From Rotaria socialis (lineage: Eukaryota), in NCBI GenBank assembly GCA_905331295.1, contig CAJNYD010000242.1, positions 62,001 to 126,000 of the forward strand: a stretch of DNA of 64,000 nt, in the 5' to 3' direction. Below the pieces are notes generated by a model. The model was given only the letters and a program-made list of their open reading frames with translations, made no database searches and had not been told where the DNA came from. This document shows, piece by piece, positions 52,341 through 64,000 of the stretch. Positions within the stretch are counted from its first letter, which is position 1; every line of letters begins with the position of its first letter. The translations under genes were made by a program, and so were the position numbers.

Positions 52341-53944
52341 GGGTGGGGGGTGTTTTGAGCACCGAAGGAAAGGTGAAATGAGCACCAAATTGATTATATG
52401 TGAAAAGAGCACCGGAAAAATGGTGAAATGAGCACAAAATTTATCTATGTGAAATAAGAAAATAAATGATGTCATTTGACAACACAATGTGAAGAACACA
52501 AACATAGTAATAAATAAATAAATAAATAAATATTATGGAAACATGATTATTACAAAAAAAATTATGACAACAGAGCAGTTCGAACTCTTTTCGATCTACC
52601 TTTACCACGTCGTTTACTCAACGATTGTAAGTGAGTTTTACCATTAACTTCGTATTTATTGAGAAGCATAGCTAGTCCAATTGAATGTTTGCATATCTCG
52701 GCATTTTCGAGCGACATGTGCCCAACATAAGACGTCGTGCTTGAGAGAAAATCTCCTTTTGAGCTCTGGTTATTCCTAAATATAAAACTTTCAAATACTT
52801 AAAGAATTAAGATAGAGGCATATATTACCAGGTGCACCATCAGCCATTACGTAATGTACAACATATTCGCGTTGATTTTCTTGTGCTGATATAAGTTTTA
52901 GTTGCTTAAACAAATCAATATAACGTGCTGAACCTTCATCGCTAGATACTAAGGCCACACTGAATGGCATGAAATGACGATCAGCATCTGATGAACCAAA
53001 TACTAATAATGGCAGTTCATTCCATGTAGGCTTGTACGTTGCATCCACTTGCAATAAGGATGAAAATTGTGTATCTTTTAATAATTGTTTCGTTGTAAAC
53101 AATACAAAAATGTCATTGATATCATTAATATAATAATAAGGTACAAATGTCGAATGGATTGAGTTTTCATCATATTTATGATTAATACACCATTGATTAA
53201 AATCATAAACCGAAAATATTTCAGGATTATTTTTTCGTCAAGCATAGTTAATTGAATTCGATAATTGATTAGTTGGTATTGAAACTGCTGGATCGTTCAC
53301 AAATAATAAATTTTTAATTTGAACTTCTGTAAGATTGCATTGAACGAAGTTTGAAACTAATTCACGTACAGGTGATGGTGCACGAGTTGTTGTATTACAC
53401 TGTTCATGGCAATGTACATTTTTATACATTAATTTAATTTCTGTTAGGTGATTGTTATCAACATAAACTTGTAGTTCGATTTTGCATAATGGATATTTTC
53501 GATAATTGCTGCATCGATAAGAATATTTAGTAGAGCTCGATAAATCAGACGCTCGATATTTTGATACATTATGCTCCTTTAGAATAACATCAGCTTCGTC
53601 TAGTGTTTTGACGATTTTTAAAATCTGACATTCTTTTCTTGACATATTTTTTCTACTGATAACTTTTATTTTTTTACGCTTCTTTTGTATACAAATCATT
53701 ACTTCAAGTAATTAGATTATTTATGAATTGCCATTGGATTAATCAATATGAGTAGAGCTAATCATAATTTAATGGCAAAATACATGTTAACTACAATCTT
53801 AATTGGTTTAAAGCTTAATTGATATAGTTTTTACTGCTCTGTTCAGTTGGTGTTCAATTCACCATTTTTTCGGTGCTCTTTTCACATATAATCAATTTGA
53901 TGCTCATTTCACCTTTTTTTCGGTGCTCAAAACACATTTCTTCC
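52341..53944 (-). mobile_element. Mutator-like (MULE) DNA transposon, internally deleted and non-functional
   Basis: About 95-bp TIRs (tgttttgagcaccgaa...gagcac / gtgttc...ttcggtgctcaaaacac). Minus-strand transposase remnants: VDATYK...PLLVFG...MADGAPG (MULE domain), RRLMLGTC deletion junction, SWIM-like CKHSIG, basic tail RRGKGR. Premature stop at 53238. Confidence 0.92.
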
Positions 53945-54354
53945 AATAATAATTGTCTTTCTATTTTCTATTTTAGTAATACAAAAAAAGTAAGCATTCT
54001 TTTGTATATTTAATGCGTCCTACAGAGGCCTTCCATACATCGGCGTGAAGCTGGCCAAGCCTATCTTGGTGTCCATAGCACGTACAGACCGCATACTGAT
54101 CTATCTGTTGTATGTTCTATACACGTTACGTCTATGTCTGTACGTTAAGAGCCTTGGCTCTCTATGACACCACCAAGGTAATTCTTGGTCGCGCTAGCAA
54201 CTATTAACTGGTAAGCAAAAAGAAAAATTTTATCATTCCAATCAATTCGTTTCTTTTCTTTGAAACGAAAGAGTAAAAGAAAATTTCTTTTTCTTGTTCA
54301 TTTATTTCAAAGTATAGAAAAAGAAACGAACAAAGAAAAAACAGTTCAGAAGTC

Positions 54355-55268
54355 TTATTCAATGGAAAATCGTTGAACACGGTGATTATTATTATCGGCG
54401 ACATAGAGATTACCTTGTCGATCGAAAGATAAACCAAAGGGCGAGTTGAACTGAGTTGCTCCTGATCCTTTACCATATCCATCCACAATTACAGTGCCTT
54501 GTTTCTTTTCTCCTTGAGTCCAACGCATTACACGATTATTGTGGTAGTCTGCTACATAGAGTGTACCCAACGTATCAACGAATATTCCATTAGGAAAATA
54601 CAACTGTGCCAGAGCATTCCCTGCGCCTTGTCCTCCAGCGACCACAATACCTTCTTTTGCGCCTTTATTCCATTTCATTACACGATGATTCTCGTGGTCT
54701 GATACGTAGACATTTTGTTGTCGATCAACAAAGAGATATGTCGGAAACTTGAGTTGATTAAGACCATCACCTCTGCCATTGCCACCAGCTACGAGAGTAC
54801 CATTATTTGCACCCAATTGATATCGTCTTACTTCACCTCTTCCGCGGTCAGAGACGTAGAGATATCTCTGATCATCCATAGCTACTCCATGACAATAGAT
54901 GTTGTCGATGAGTATTTCACCTTGTGTTGTACCACTACGGCGAGACCATCGTACTACTCGTTGATTCTTATTATCACAAATAATGAGGCTATCTGTCTCT
55001 TTGTCAATTAATACATCAGTTGGATCATTCAATTGATGCAATCCATTTCCTGCGCCGTTCCCACCAGCAGCAACTTGCCCATTCGTTGTATTACCGTTCT
55101 TCCATTGCATGATACGATGATTCTTGTTGTCAACAATAACCACTGCTTGATCATCATCAACGAAAAGACCTTCAGGGCTGCTGAGTTGATTAGTGGCATT
55201 CCCACCCCCGTGACCTCCAGCAATAGTCACTCCGTTCTGTGTCCACGTGGCATTAGCAGAAATGTTAA
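54355..55268 (-). CDS. NHL-repeat beta-propeller terminal exon
   Basis: Repeats of the form QLxxPxGLFVD...YVADxxNHRV. Acceptor tcttctag at 55269; exon begins in phase 1. Confidence 0.9.
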
Positions 55269-56597
55269 CTAGAAGAGAAAGAGTAAGAATAAAAGGAGAT
55301 ATCTCTCTTTCTCGAGTATCGCTAGTATATGAAATAACTTCGAAAGTATCGAGCAAAATTCTTTGAATAGATCATTCTTTTTTTCTATACTGGAAGATTA
55401 TTCTATAGAATGAATTACACATATATCATATTGTTCTCTCACTCAAGCGTATTTAAATTCTATATTTTTGTACAAAATCAAACTTAAATAATTAAATCTA
55501 GTTAACCCAAGCAGACATTAAAAAGTCATTCAATCGGAGTTTCAAGTGTTGAACTCTATTTATTTATTTTTTCTTTTGTGAAAGTAGAACATATTAAACG
55601 ATCAAAAAAAATGACATGCAAAGAGCATATCTTGAGGGTGTGGGTGTATCGAGATAATTAATCGAAACTCTTGTAAGTAGTACAACCAAGAATACTAATG
55701 AAAATTGAATCGATTTTCTAATCATTTTATTGGCATAAATAATTTGCCGGACTCATCGAAATGTAAAATAAATATTTTTATTATTATTTAAAAATAAGCA
55801 AGAATTTTTGGACAATACCAACTTATAATAATTTATTCAATAATGAGTTTACAATAAAACAAGATAGCAATATTGGGCTGATAATAATATGTGCGCATGT
55901 TTCTCAATACAAGTCAAGCCTAACTATTTACATTCTAATAAACTATTTCTTCGAACAACTCAAATTTTAACTACTCTCTGGCTTATAATACTGCCCGTTT
56001 CTTCCAATATATCGTGAGCTTATATAATAGCGAGAGAGAAAAGATTATGTACTGTTCAGCATGCAACTATGTGTTAGTCACATACAAGGATGTACGTATA
56101 TTAGTAATGTAAACTTAATTACGTCACTGCAATATGTTCATTAGCTCTGTGACTTATAAGTGGAGGTCCGGTGGTTTCTATAACCCCCTATTTAATCTAG
56201 TCCCTCATGATTGACGTACTTCTTGGCACAGATATATTATCAAGTATTACGTAGTATTTTTATCTTTAAACTTGAGTATCAGATTTTGAGTCTTTTCCTA
56301 TGACGAAAGTATTTTTAAATCTTTAAATTATTTTCTAGTTTACAGTTTAGAAAAATTATTATGTGACATTAGCAGGAATATTTATTGGAAGAGAAAACAT
56401 AAAATCAAATGAGATCTCTGACTCTCTCGAGTATAGCTATTATATGAAATAATTGTGAAAGTATCGAGCAAAATACTTTGAATAGATTACCTTTTTTTTA
56501 GAAATTCAAGAAAATTCCCCCGCCAGAACAAGTTTTTTCTATATTGGAAGATTATTCTATAGAAAGAAAGTTCTTTTATGGCGGTGATAAGTCTACA

Positions 56598-58581
56598 ATG
56601 AGTAGAACAAAAGAAAATAAATTGAATGCAATGGCAATGAAGACATTTTCGAGAGTTTTCTATCATCTCATATAGATATATATTATTAACTATTTTGTAT
56701 TCCTGAAGAATATATTTAAATATTATATCGGCATGTACGCTTTCGAAGACACTTTTTCTTATACTATATTCAGGAGACTATACAAACGTAACACTCGCAA
56801 ATTATTCTTCAACATATTCACTATATGGATAAATATAAGACAATAGAAAATTTCAAGTTCTATCAGAATCTATAATGATGAAAAATCATGCCTGTCAAAA
56901 TTTTTAGACTATAATATTAAGTTGAGATGAATACAGATCTTAATAGAAATTGAAGAAGACTCTCCAAAAGTTAAAAGACTTCAACCGAATTCAACTATTC
57001 AAAGAGAAAAAAGATCCAAGAAAAATGTCTTTCTACTAAAATATTCTTTATAAGAAAATCCCTCCCAATTCTCAATAAATCTGGTCCAGATTCATTGCAG
57101 AAACACAAATACATATATCTTAAAGACCTGTTTATTAATGATGTTTGACACTGAATCAGAATCGATTAATTCCAGATGATTTACAGGAAAAGAAGGAAAA
57201 AAAAGTAACGAAATAAAATTACTATTCTGTTTAGATATGTACAGAACTGCAAAATATATCGTTAATTTCATATTTTCAACAGAAATGTTCAATATGAAAG
57301 ATTCTTTTGTTTTGTGTCATCAATATGATAATTGTGTACATTTAATAAAGTTCTTCGATATTTTCGAGCGAAATACGATTTCTTTTAAATAAAATATGGT
57401 CTGGTTATATTTCTAATTATGTTAACTTAAAAACAAATAAAAGTATCTATTTAAATTATAAATAGACAGAAAACTAGTTATGTGAAAAAGGAAAATAACA
57501 CGCTTGAATACGCTCAGCACTTGCCATTTGTAAGTATTTATGTGAGTTCTAATTCAACTATATCAGTTAACATAATGAATGATTCGTATTCATTAAAAAT
57601 GCTTAGTTGTCTGATGCTTTTACTTGTATGAGTTATTCTCACTAAATTTCTCTATCTATCTATTCAACTTCATATATGTAACTAATGCTCATTGTAGTTT
57701 TAAGTTGATTTATACAAATTTTGTTTTTCGAAATTTATTTACAAAACGAAAAGCTTTATTGTCTGTCCACACACTATCCATATAGTCGATTACATAGTTT
57801 TGATCTTTTTTTCATTTTATAAATTCAACAGATAGATAATGAATTTTAAAGTGACGGTAAAGTATATAAAATTCTCAATATCGCTTTAATTACAAGGTTA
57901 AGGTAAATGTATAATCAATAGGATGTTTTCCTTTATGAGCTATACTCTGACGATATGAATCATTCTTCAATTTTCTTCTTCTATGCAGGTTAAATTTTAA
58001 AAATATTCTATACGTTTTTTTTCGTTTGGTGCTATTCAATGAGTAGCAAATTCCTACAATATAATAACATGCGTTAGTTCAGATAATAGAATCTTTCGAA
58101 TCATTCTCTATACAAAACTAAACTTAAAAAGAATACTGGCTAGTATTTTCGATGAAAATTCGCTGAATTAGAAAAAAATGTCATTTATCCTTTTTTTACT
58201 CAGATAATTACGTTGAGTTTGTTATTTCAGAAAATGTATCTACTGATAGATTTTTAAAATTAATTTCTTATAGATAGTATATTTGTATAAGACTGAATGC
58301 ATAAGATTATCTTCATCTGTATCTATCTATTGCTGATATATACATGCCTGTAAACTCGTATAATCAGCATTGGGTGCGGGTGCTACTCTGGAATTTATTT
58401 CGGTTTCGATCATCGAAATTTTTCAAATATTTTGAATTATATTCGATAAAGTAGTATATAGACATACGCTTTCGAAATTAACAAAAATAACTGGTGCAAT
58501 AGATGTTTTCCATCATATTACAGTCAATTAATGTGCTTGTAGATCGTTGATGTATGTATTTTTCTTTGTCTTTTAGATTAG
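56598..58581 (+). pseudogene. Decayed F-box/LRR-like sequence inside the putative RING-NHL intron
   Basis: Fragmentary LRR-like translations with many stops. Weak evidence; boundaries approximate. Confidence 0.3.
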
Positions 58582-59138
58582 NNNNNNNNNNNNNNNNNNN
58601 NNNNNNNNNNNNNNNNNNNNNNNNNNNNNNNNNNNNNNNNNNNNNNNNNNNNNNNNNNNNNNNNNNNNNNNNNNNNNNNNNNNNNNNNNNNNNNNNNNNN
58701 NNNNNNNNNNNNNNNNNNNNNNNNNNNNNNNNNNNNNNNNNNNNNNNNNNNNNNNNNNNNNNNNNNNNNNNNNNNNNNNNNNNNNNNNNNNNNNNNNNNN
58801 NNNNNNNNNNNNNNNNNNNNNNNNNNNNNNNNNNNNNNNNNNNNNNNNNNNNNNNNNNNNNNNNNNNNNNNNNNNNNNNNNNNNNNNNNNNNNNNNNNNN
58901 NNNNNNNNNNNNNNNNNNNNNNNNNNNNNNNNNNNNNNNNNNNNNNNNNNNNNNNNNNNNNNNNNNNNNNNNNNNNNNNNNNNNNNNNNNNNNNNNNNNN
59001 NNNNNNNNNNNNNNNNNNNNNNNNNNNNNNNNNNNNNNNNNNNNNNNNNNNNNNNNNNNNNNNNNNNNNNNNNNNNNNNNNNNNNNNNNNNNNNNNNNNN
59101 NNNNNNNNNNNNNNNNNNNNNNNNNNNNNNNNNNNNNN
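58582..59138. other. Assembly gap (N run)
   Basis: Continuous Ns. Confidence 1.
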
Positions 59139-59313
59139 CTATTGAAATCTATACCGAAAAGATCTTCAAAAATTATAAAACTATTTATTTGAAAGAAAGT
59201 TTATTATATAGAAAGGGTATGAATATCACTATGTGCCTTCACTTGGCTCGGATCTAGAGACTCACAGTTATACATTTTGACAAGATTTTGTAGAGATAAA
59301 TAGATCTACTTAC

Positions 59314-60423
59314 AGAGCCAAAGTGCTGTGCTTTTCAATTTGTTGATTTCTTCTTGAAGGATTGTAATTTGGTTGCGAATAGATGCTGCTTCATTCTTTT
59401 GGGTTTGATTTTCTGATTGAATGTCGCCAATTTGAATCTGTTGCTGTTGTAATTGAGCTTTTAGTTGTTCAAGTTGAGTCTTTTGCTGATCAAGTTGAAT
59501 CTTTTGTTGTTTAGATTCTGCCTTTTGTTGTTCAAATTGAGCCTTTTGCTGGTCAACCTGAGTATTTAGTTGTCCGATTTCTGTCGTTTGCTGTTCTGTT
59601 TGTTTTTGGAGCTTTTCTATATCCTTATACAAGATATCGACCATTGGTCTTAATTTTTCGAATAAACACGTTTTCGTGTGTTCATCATGTTCTTTCCTCG
59701 ATCCAAACCATTGGCATCCAATATTCTTCCNGTCTTTTGTTGTTCAAATTGAGCTTTTTGCTGGTCAACTTGAGTATTTAGTTGTCTGACTTTTGTCGTC
59801 AGTTGTTCAAGCTGAATATTTTGTTGTCCGAGTTCTGTTGTTTGTTGTTCAAATGTAGTCTTTTGCTGGTCAACTTGAGTATTGAGTTGTCCGATTTCTG
59901 TCGTTTGCTGTTCTGTTTGTTTTTGAAGCTTTTCTATATCCAAACTTTGGTTTTTAATAACCTTATACAAGATATCGACCATTGGTCTTAACTTTTCGAA
60001 TAAACACGTTTTCGTGTGTTCATCATGTTCGTTCCTCGATCCAAACCATTGGCATCCAATATTCTTTCCTGGACAATCTATTTGATATTCAGAACAGCTT
60101 GTCTTTATATGTTCATCAAAGGTTCCTCTATTTATATTTGTTTTCTCACAAAGCTGGCATCGGACTTTAAGTTTATCGAGAATTGAGATGAAATTGCGCA
60201 ATGGAGGGTTTGGTATCAAATGATCAGTGTTCAATAATTGATTACACAACTGCGACGGGCAGTTGGGACCACTTCTCATATATGTTTCAATACATAGACG
60301 GCAATAAGTATAGCCACATTGAGTCACAATTGGATCAATAAAAGGATTATGGCAAAGTAAGCATATAAGATCTGAATCAATGCTCTCTCTAGCGATATAT
60401 TCGTAGAAACTACTTGATATCAT
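59314..60423 (-). CDS. RING + TRAF-type zinc fingers + Gln-rich coiled coil; probably the N-terminal exon of the NHL gene; internal duplication and frameshift at N59731
   Basis: CLLC...CGYTYCRLC...CPSQLC RING; CQLC...H...C and CPGKNIGCQWFG...H...C TRAF fingers. Donor ctct|gtaagt at 59313 is phase 1, matching the NHL exon. Confidence 0.75.
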
Positions 60424-61958
60424 CTGAAAAGATGAAATGATCAAATTGAAAACAAAAAGAAATTACTTCTTCACCAGCTCTAAGTGTCTAGTAATTAAAT
60501 CAATGTCATATTCTACCTAATGCTATTTCTTTGTTACGATGTACAACATAGATAATTAGTAGTAGCAGCATCAAAAAATTCGAATAGAATATCTACTCTT
60601 AAACTAACTGAATTCGTTCAGAAACTAGATTTCCTGTACAAAAACTTCAGCACATATATAGTGACTACATGGGATTACATACTTTCTCACATATATACGT
60701 ATATAGCATTTAGCTTTGAGTGATGAGTTTAACAAAAAATAATCAGAAATATCTTTTCATGAATGGTAACACTTGAGAATCAGAATTATTCATATCTGTT
60801 AGCCATTCTTGTACAAAACAAGGAGACTACAGTGCGTGGAATTTTCCTATTAGAATATAAACTCGTATTGAATAAAAATTACAATAACGATAAAAAAAGG
60901 ATTAGCAACCACAACCTTAGTTTAGTATATTTGTCTCGAAGTTGCGGACTAGACCTATTGAAATGGTAAAAGAGTGATTTTATTTTCCAAGAATACTTTT
61001 TCGAACTCAATTACCTCTCACTTATGTATATTTCTTGACTGTTTCTTACTTACAATTATATAACATTGTTCATGGTTGTGATGATCATTTTTTGCCAATT
61101 TAATATCAGTCATCACATTAACGGGAACTATCAAGCTGTGCAAGATATCAAAAACGACTATGCATACGTTTTTGAATAGGGAACTCAGTTTCATAATATA
61201 ATTAATATTCAAATGGCAACAGACAGTCATTATGCAGTTTTTTCATAGTATATGCTACTGTCGCTGAATAACTGTGCTACAATTCGTTGATTTTTCAGAA
61301 TTCATAAAAAACATTCCACAGTTTTCTAAACATTAAACATTTTCCCACACATACCGTTCAGCTACACTATACTAATCTAACCAATCAAATGTCTCTTACA
61401 AATTTCTAGCTCTTGTCAGTCTTTATTTATGATATTCCATGCAAGACACTGGTATTCAACACTTGCATTGTGTTGATTAGTGCGAATTTATTTATTTCTT
61501 CTTTGCCCATAGATTCATTTATAATGAACTGATTAGAATATATGTGAAATTATTTTATATCTGCAGAGTTTGTTGTAATAACCGCAAGAAAAGTTTAAGG
61601 ATTATCATGGAAAATTTGATAATCGTAATACAACAGATAATAGAGAATAAAAGATCGTTCCATGTAAAGTATATGAAAATCTATTTTACTAAAAAAACAA
61701 TGTCTCACAATATTTTAAGCAACTAAAATTGTGTCTTCTCCGCTAGAATAAAGGAACATGAAAGAAAAAGTGAGGCATATGTGATGAATTCATATGTGGC
61801 TGCCCGTCAGGTTAATAATTACTTTAATTGTGTTACTGATTATATTCCACTAGGTAGTAAAAAATCTTTCAAAGAAAAATAATAAAGAACATATACTGAC
61901 GAAAACAATATCGCTGATAATAGAAACATTTACGATCGAAATCTTACAAAAATTATTT

Positions 61959-63408
61959 TATCAAATATTGACTAATGAATAAAATCTTCTTACATTAATT
62001 ATACCTGTATTTGCCTCCAACATTGATCTATTTCTTTTTGAATACATCAAATTCTAAGAACGGCTCATTGGAGGAAAGATATCAACTATTTCGACAAAGC
62101 ACGCGTTTATATTTTCGAACTTCTATTAAAATGATCGGATAGATCTCCTTGCCATATGCAAAAAAAAAAGATCGACAATCAATATCACTGCTAAATAGTT
62201 AAGCTATTCTGATGGAATACATGTTCAACTCGGTGTCACATAATTTCGAAGAATTGGCGATTCTTCATGTTCCAAGATGTAGCTAAGAAAAAGCGATTGA
62301 TCTCGTCAAGGAGTCTCAAAATGATCATATCGTTTGTATAACAACACTCACGCTTGCAAAAATAGCTAAGTAATCCTGTAAATTACACACAACACCATGC
62401 CATAAAGAAAGATGATCATCTAATAAGAGCGTAAGATATTCCTTATATCAAATATTGACTAATGAATTAAATCTTCTTACATTAATTACCTGTATTTGCT
62501 TCCAACATTGATCTATTTCTTTTTGAATATATCAAATTCTAAGAACAGTTCATTGGAGGAAAGATACCAGCAATCAATATCACTGTTAGCTAGTAAGTTT
62601 ATTCTCATGGAATACGTATTCAACTCGGTGTCACAAAATTTCGATGAATTGGCGATCATGCATGTTCCAAGATGTAACTAACAATGGAGTTGTTTGTATT
62701 GATAAGTAAAAAGATAGGTCATCTTCGGATAAAATGAAAGCTCTCATCGCGAAACTAACCAGATTAAAATATTAGCTCCCCTTGGCTTGTCTAGAGGGAG
62801 ATATTCGATTTTTCAGTGAATTTTCTCCACAGGATCTGCTTTCCCAGCAATATCATATTTTCGAATTTGGACTTGAAACTTTGTATGCATGAAGGTCTGA
62901 ATGAGACTAGTTTACAGGAAAAAAATCAGAAGTTTTGGACAAACTCTCTTCGAGATATGTCTCAAGCATACCGCTTCTATAGAAATCGTCAATATTTTGA
63001 GAGATTCATATCTCGAAGAGGGTTTGTCCAAAGCTTTTGATTTTTTTCCTGTAAACTAGTCTCATTGAGACCTTCACGCATACAAAGTTTCAGGCTCAAA
63101 TTCGACACTGAAAAATCGAATATCTCCCTCTAGGCAAGCCAGTGGGAGCTAATATTTTAACCTTGTTAGTTTGGCGGTGAGAGCTTTCTATTGATGTAAA
63201 AATATCTAGTCTTTTCAACTTACAATACAAACACCTTCATTGTAAGAAAAAGTGATTGATCTCTTCAAGGAGTCTCAAAATTATCATATCGTTTGTATAA
63301 CAAGGCTCACGCTTGCAACAATAGCTAAGTAATGCTGTAAATTACACACAACACCATGCCATAAAGAAAGATGAACATCTAAAAAGAGCGTAAGATATTT
63401 CTTATATC
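61959..63408. repeat. Tandem duplication: copy 1 about 61959-62445, copy 2 about 62446-63408 interrupted by a foldback element
   Basis: Both copies start tatcaaatattgactaatgaat and end aagagcgtaagatatt(c/t)cttatatc. Confidence 0.9.
62682..63242. mobile_element. 561-bp palindromic (foldback) DNA element with 3-bp TAA TSD
   Basis: CAATG...CATTG termini with arms inverted almost to the centre near 62980. TAA on both sides; copy 1 of the duplication has the empty site with a single TAA. Confidence 0.92.
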
Positions 63409-63514
63409 CAAATTTTAGATAAACTGTATCGATAATCTTGATAAATTACTCACCAAAGTCAAATTGTGTCAACCAACAATAGCCGTAAAATTTACAATGA
63501 GGCTTTTTGTGTTG

Positions 63515-63664
63515 GTACGATGGAAAAAGACAGAAAGGAAAGATATCGAAAACAAAATTGAGGGCTGAAAATGTGTATGCAAGAGTGAGGGTGATGCCTT
63601 CGATATTTTTATTTTCGACATTTTTCCTTTCGATTTTTTCATTTCTGTCTTTTCTCATCCATTC
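63515..63664. mobile_element. Small Mutator-like MITE with 9-bp TSD
   Basis: Imperfect TIRs gatggaaaaagacagaaa / tttctgtcttttctcatc; TSD tttgtgttg at 63506-63514 and 63665-63673. Shares ttttcgacatttttcctttcga with the MITE at 3031-3347. Confidence 0.8.
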
Positions 63665-64000
63665 TTTGTGTTGGCTTTAACAAGTTTTATATATTGGGAG
63701 ACTGTTTGCCATTTTATTGACTAGCTTGTATGCTGTTTTTGGAAGATATCAACATTTTACTGTTCTTATCTTTTTTTGTTTCTGGCTTATTTGATCAAGT
63801 ATCAACTGCACACTTATCAAAAGTAAAACATTGCAGATGATAAACACGCTAGCAGCGAGTTTAAACAGGAAAAAGCACACAAGTAAAGCTAGTACGACAT
63901 TCGAGTATTTTCAGTTTTGATTTACTCCCCAGTTTGCGTTGGATAGAGAACTTCATTATTCATGGAATGGTTAGCACTTTGATGAAGATAATCGTGCAAA

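Noticed and set aside
58554..59192. 212-aa ORF in the track
   Set aside because: It is almost entirely the N gap.
4724..62681. Numerous 60-120 aa ORFs antisense to or overlapping real genes, or starting at TTG/GTG
   Set aside because: Shadow ORFs with no motifs; non-ATG starts reflect a prokaryote-style ORF caller applied to eukaryotic DNA.

Overview
AT-rich eukaryotic genomic DNA with short (about 50-60 nt) GT-AG introns. The gene content points to a bdelloid rotifer, probably Rotaria- or Adineta-like (inference from gene families only): an ART-TPR protein, RING/TRAF-coiled-coil-NHL, B-box-coiled-coil, many decayed F-box/LRR genes, and several intron-poor genes of fungal or bacterial type. 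Core metazoan genes are GPKOW/Spp2 and an 11-exon ILK-like gene. Candidate horizontally acquired genes are a GH5 glycosidase, two FAD monooxygenases, DKNYY repeats and a GRDP/DUF1399 protein. Mobile DNA includes a decayed Mutator element, MULE-type and Tc1-type non-autonomous elements, two foldback elements, a pogo relic, a solo LTR and a tRNA-headed SINE. The most notable observations are: (1) a 4-TM protein with a PBZ-like finger and a Gig2/PARP-like ADP-ribosyltransferase domain; (2) a phase-compatible 3-exon B-box/TRAF-zinc-finger/coiled-coil gene ending in bacterial-type DKNYY repeats; (3) a tRNA-Lys-derived SINE with a 14-bp TSD; (4) a solo LTR that replaces a gene's C-terminus with a hydrophobic tail. 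All family calls are by eye from motifs; no searches were run.
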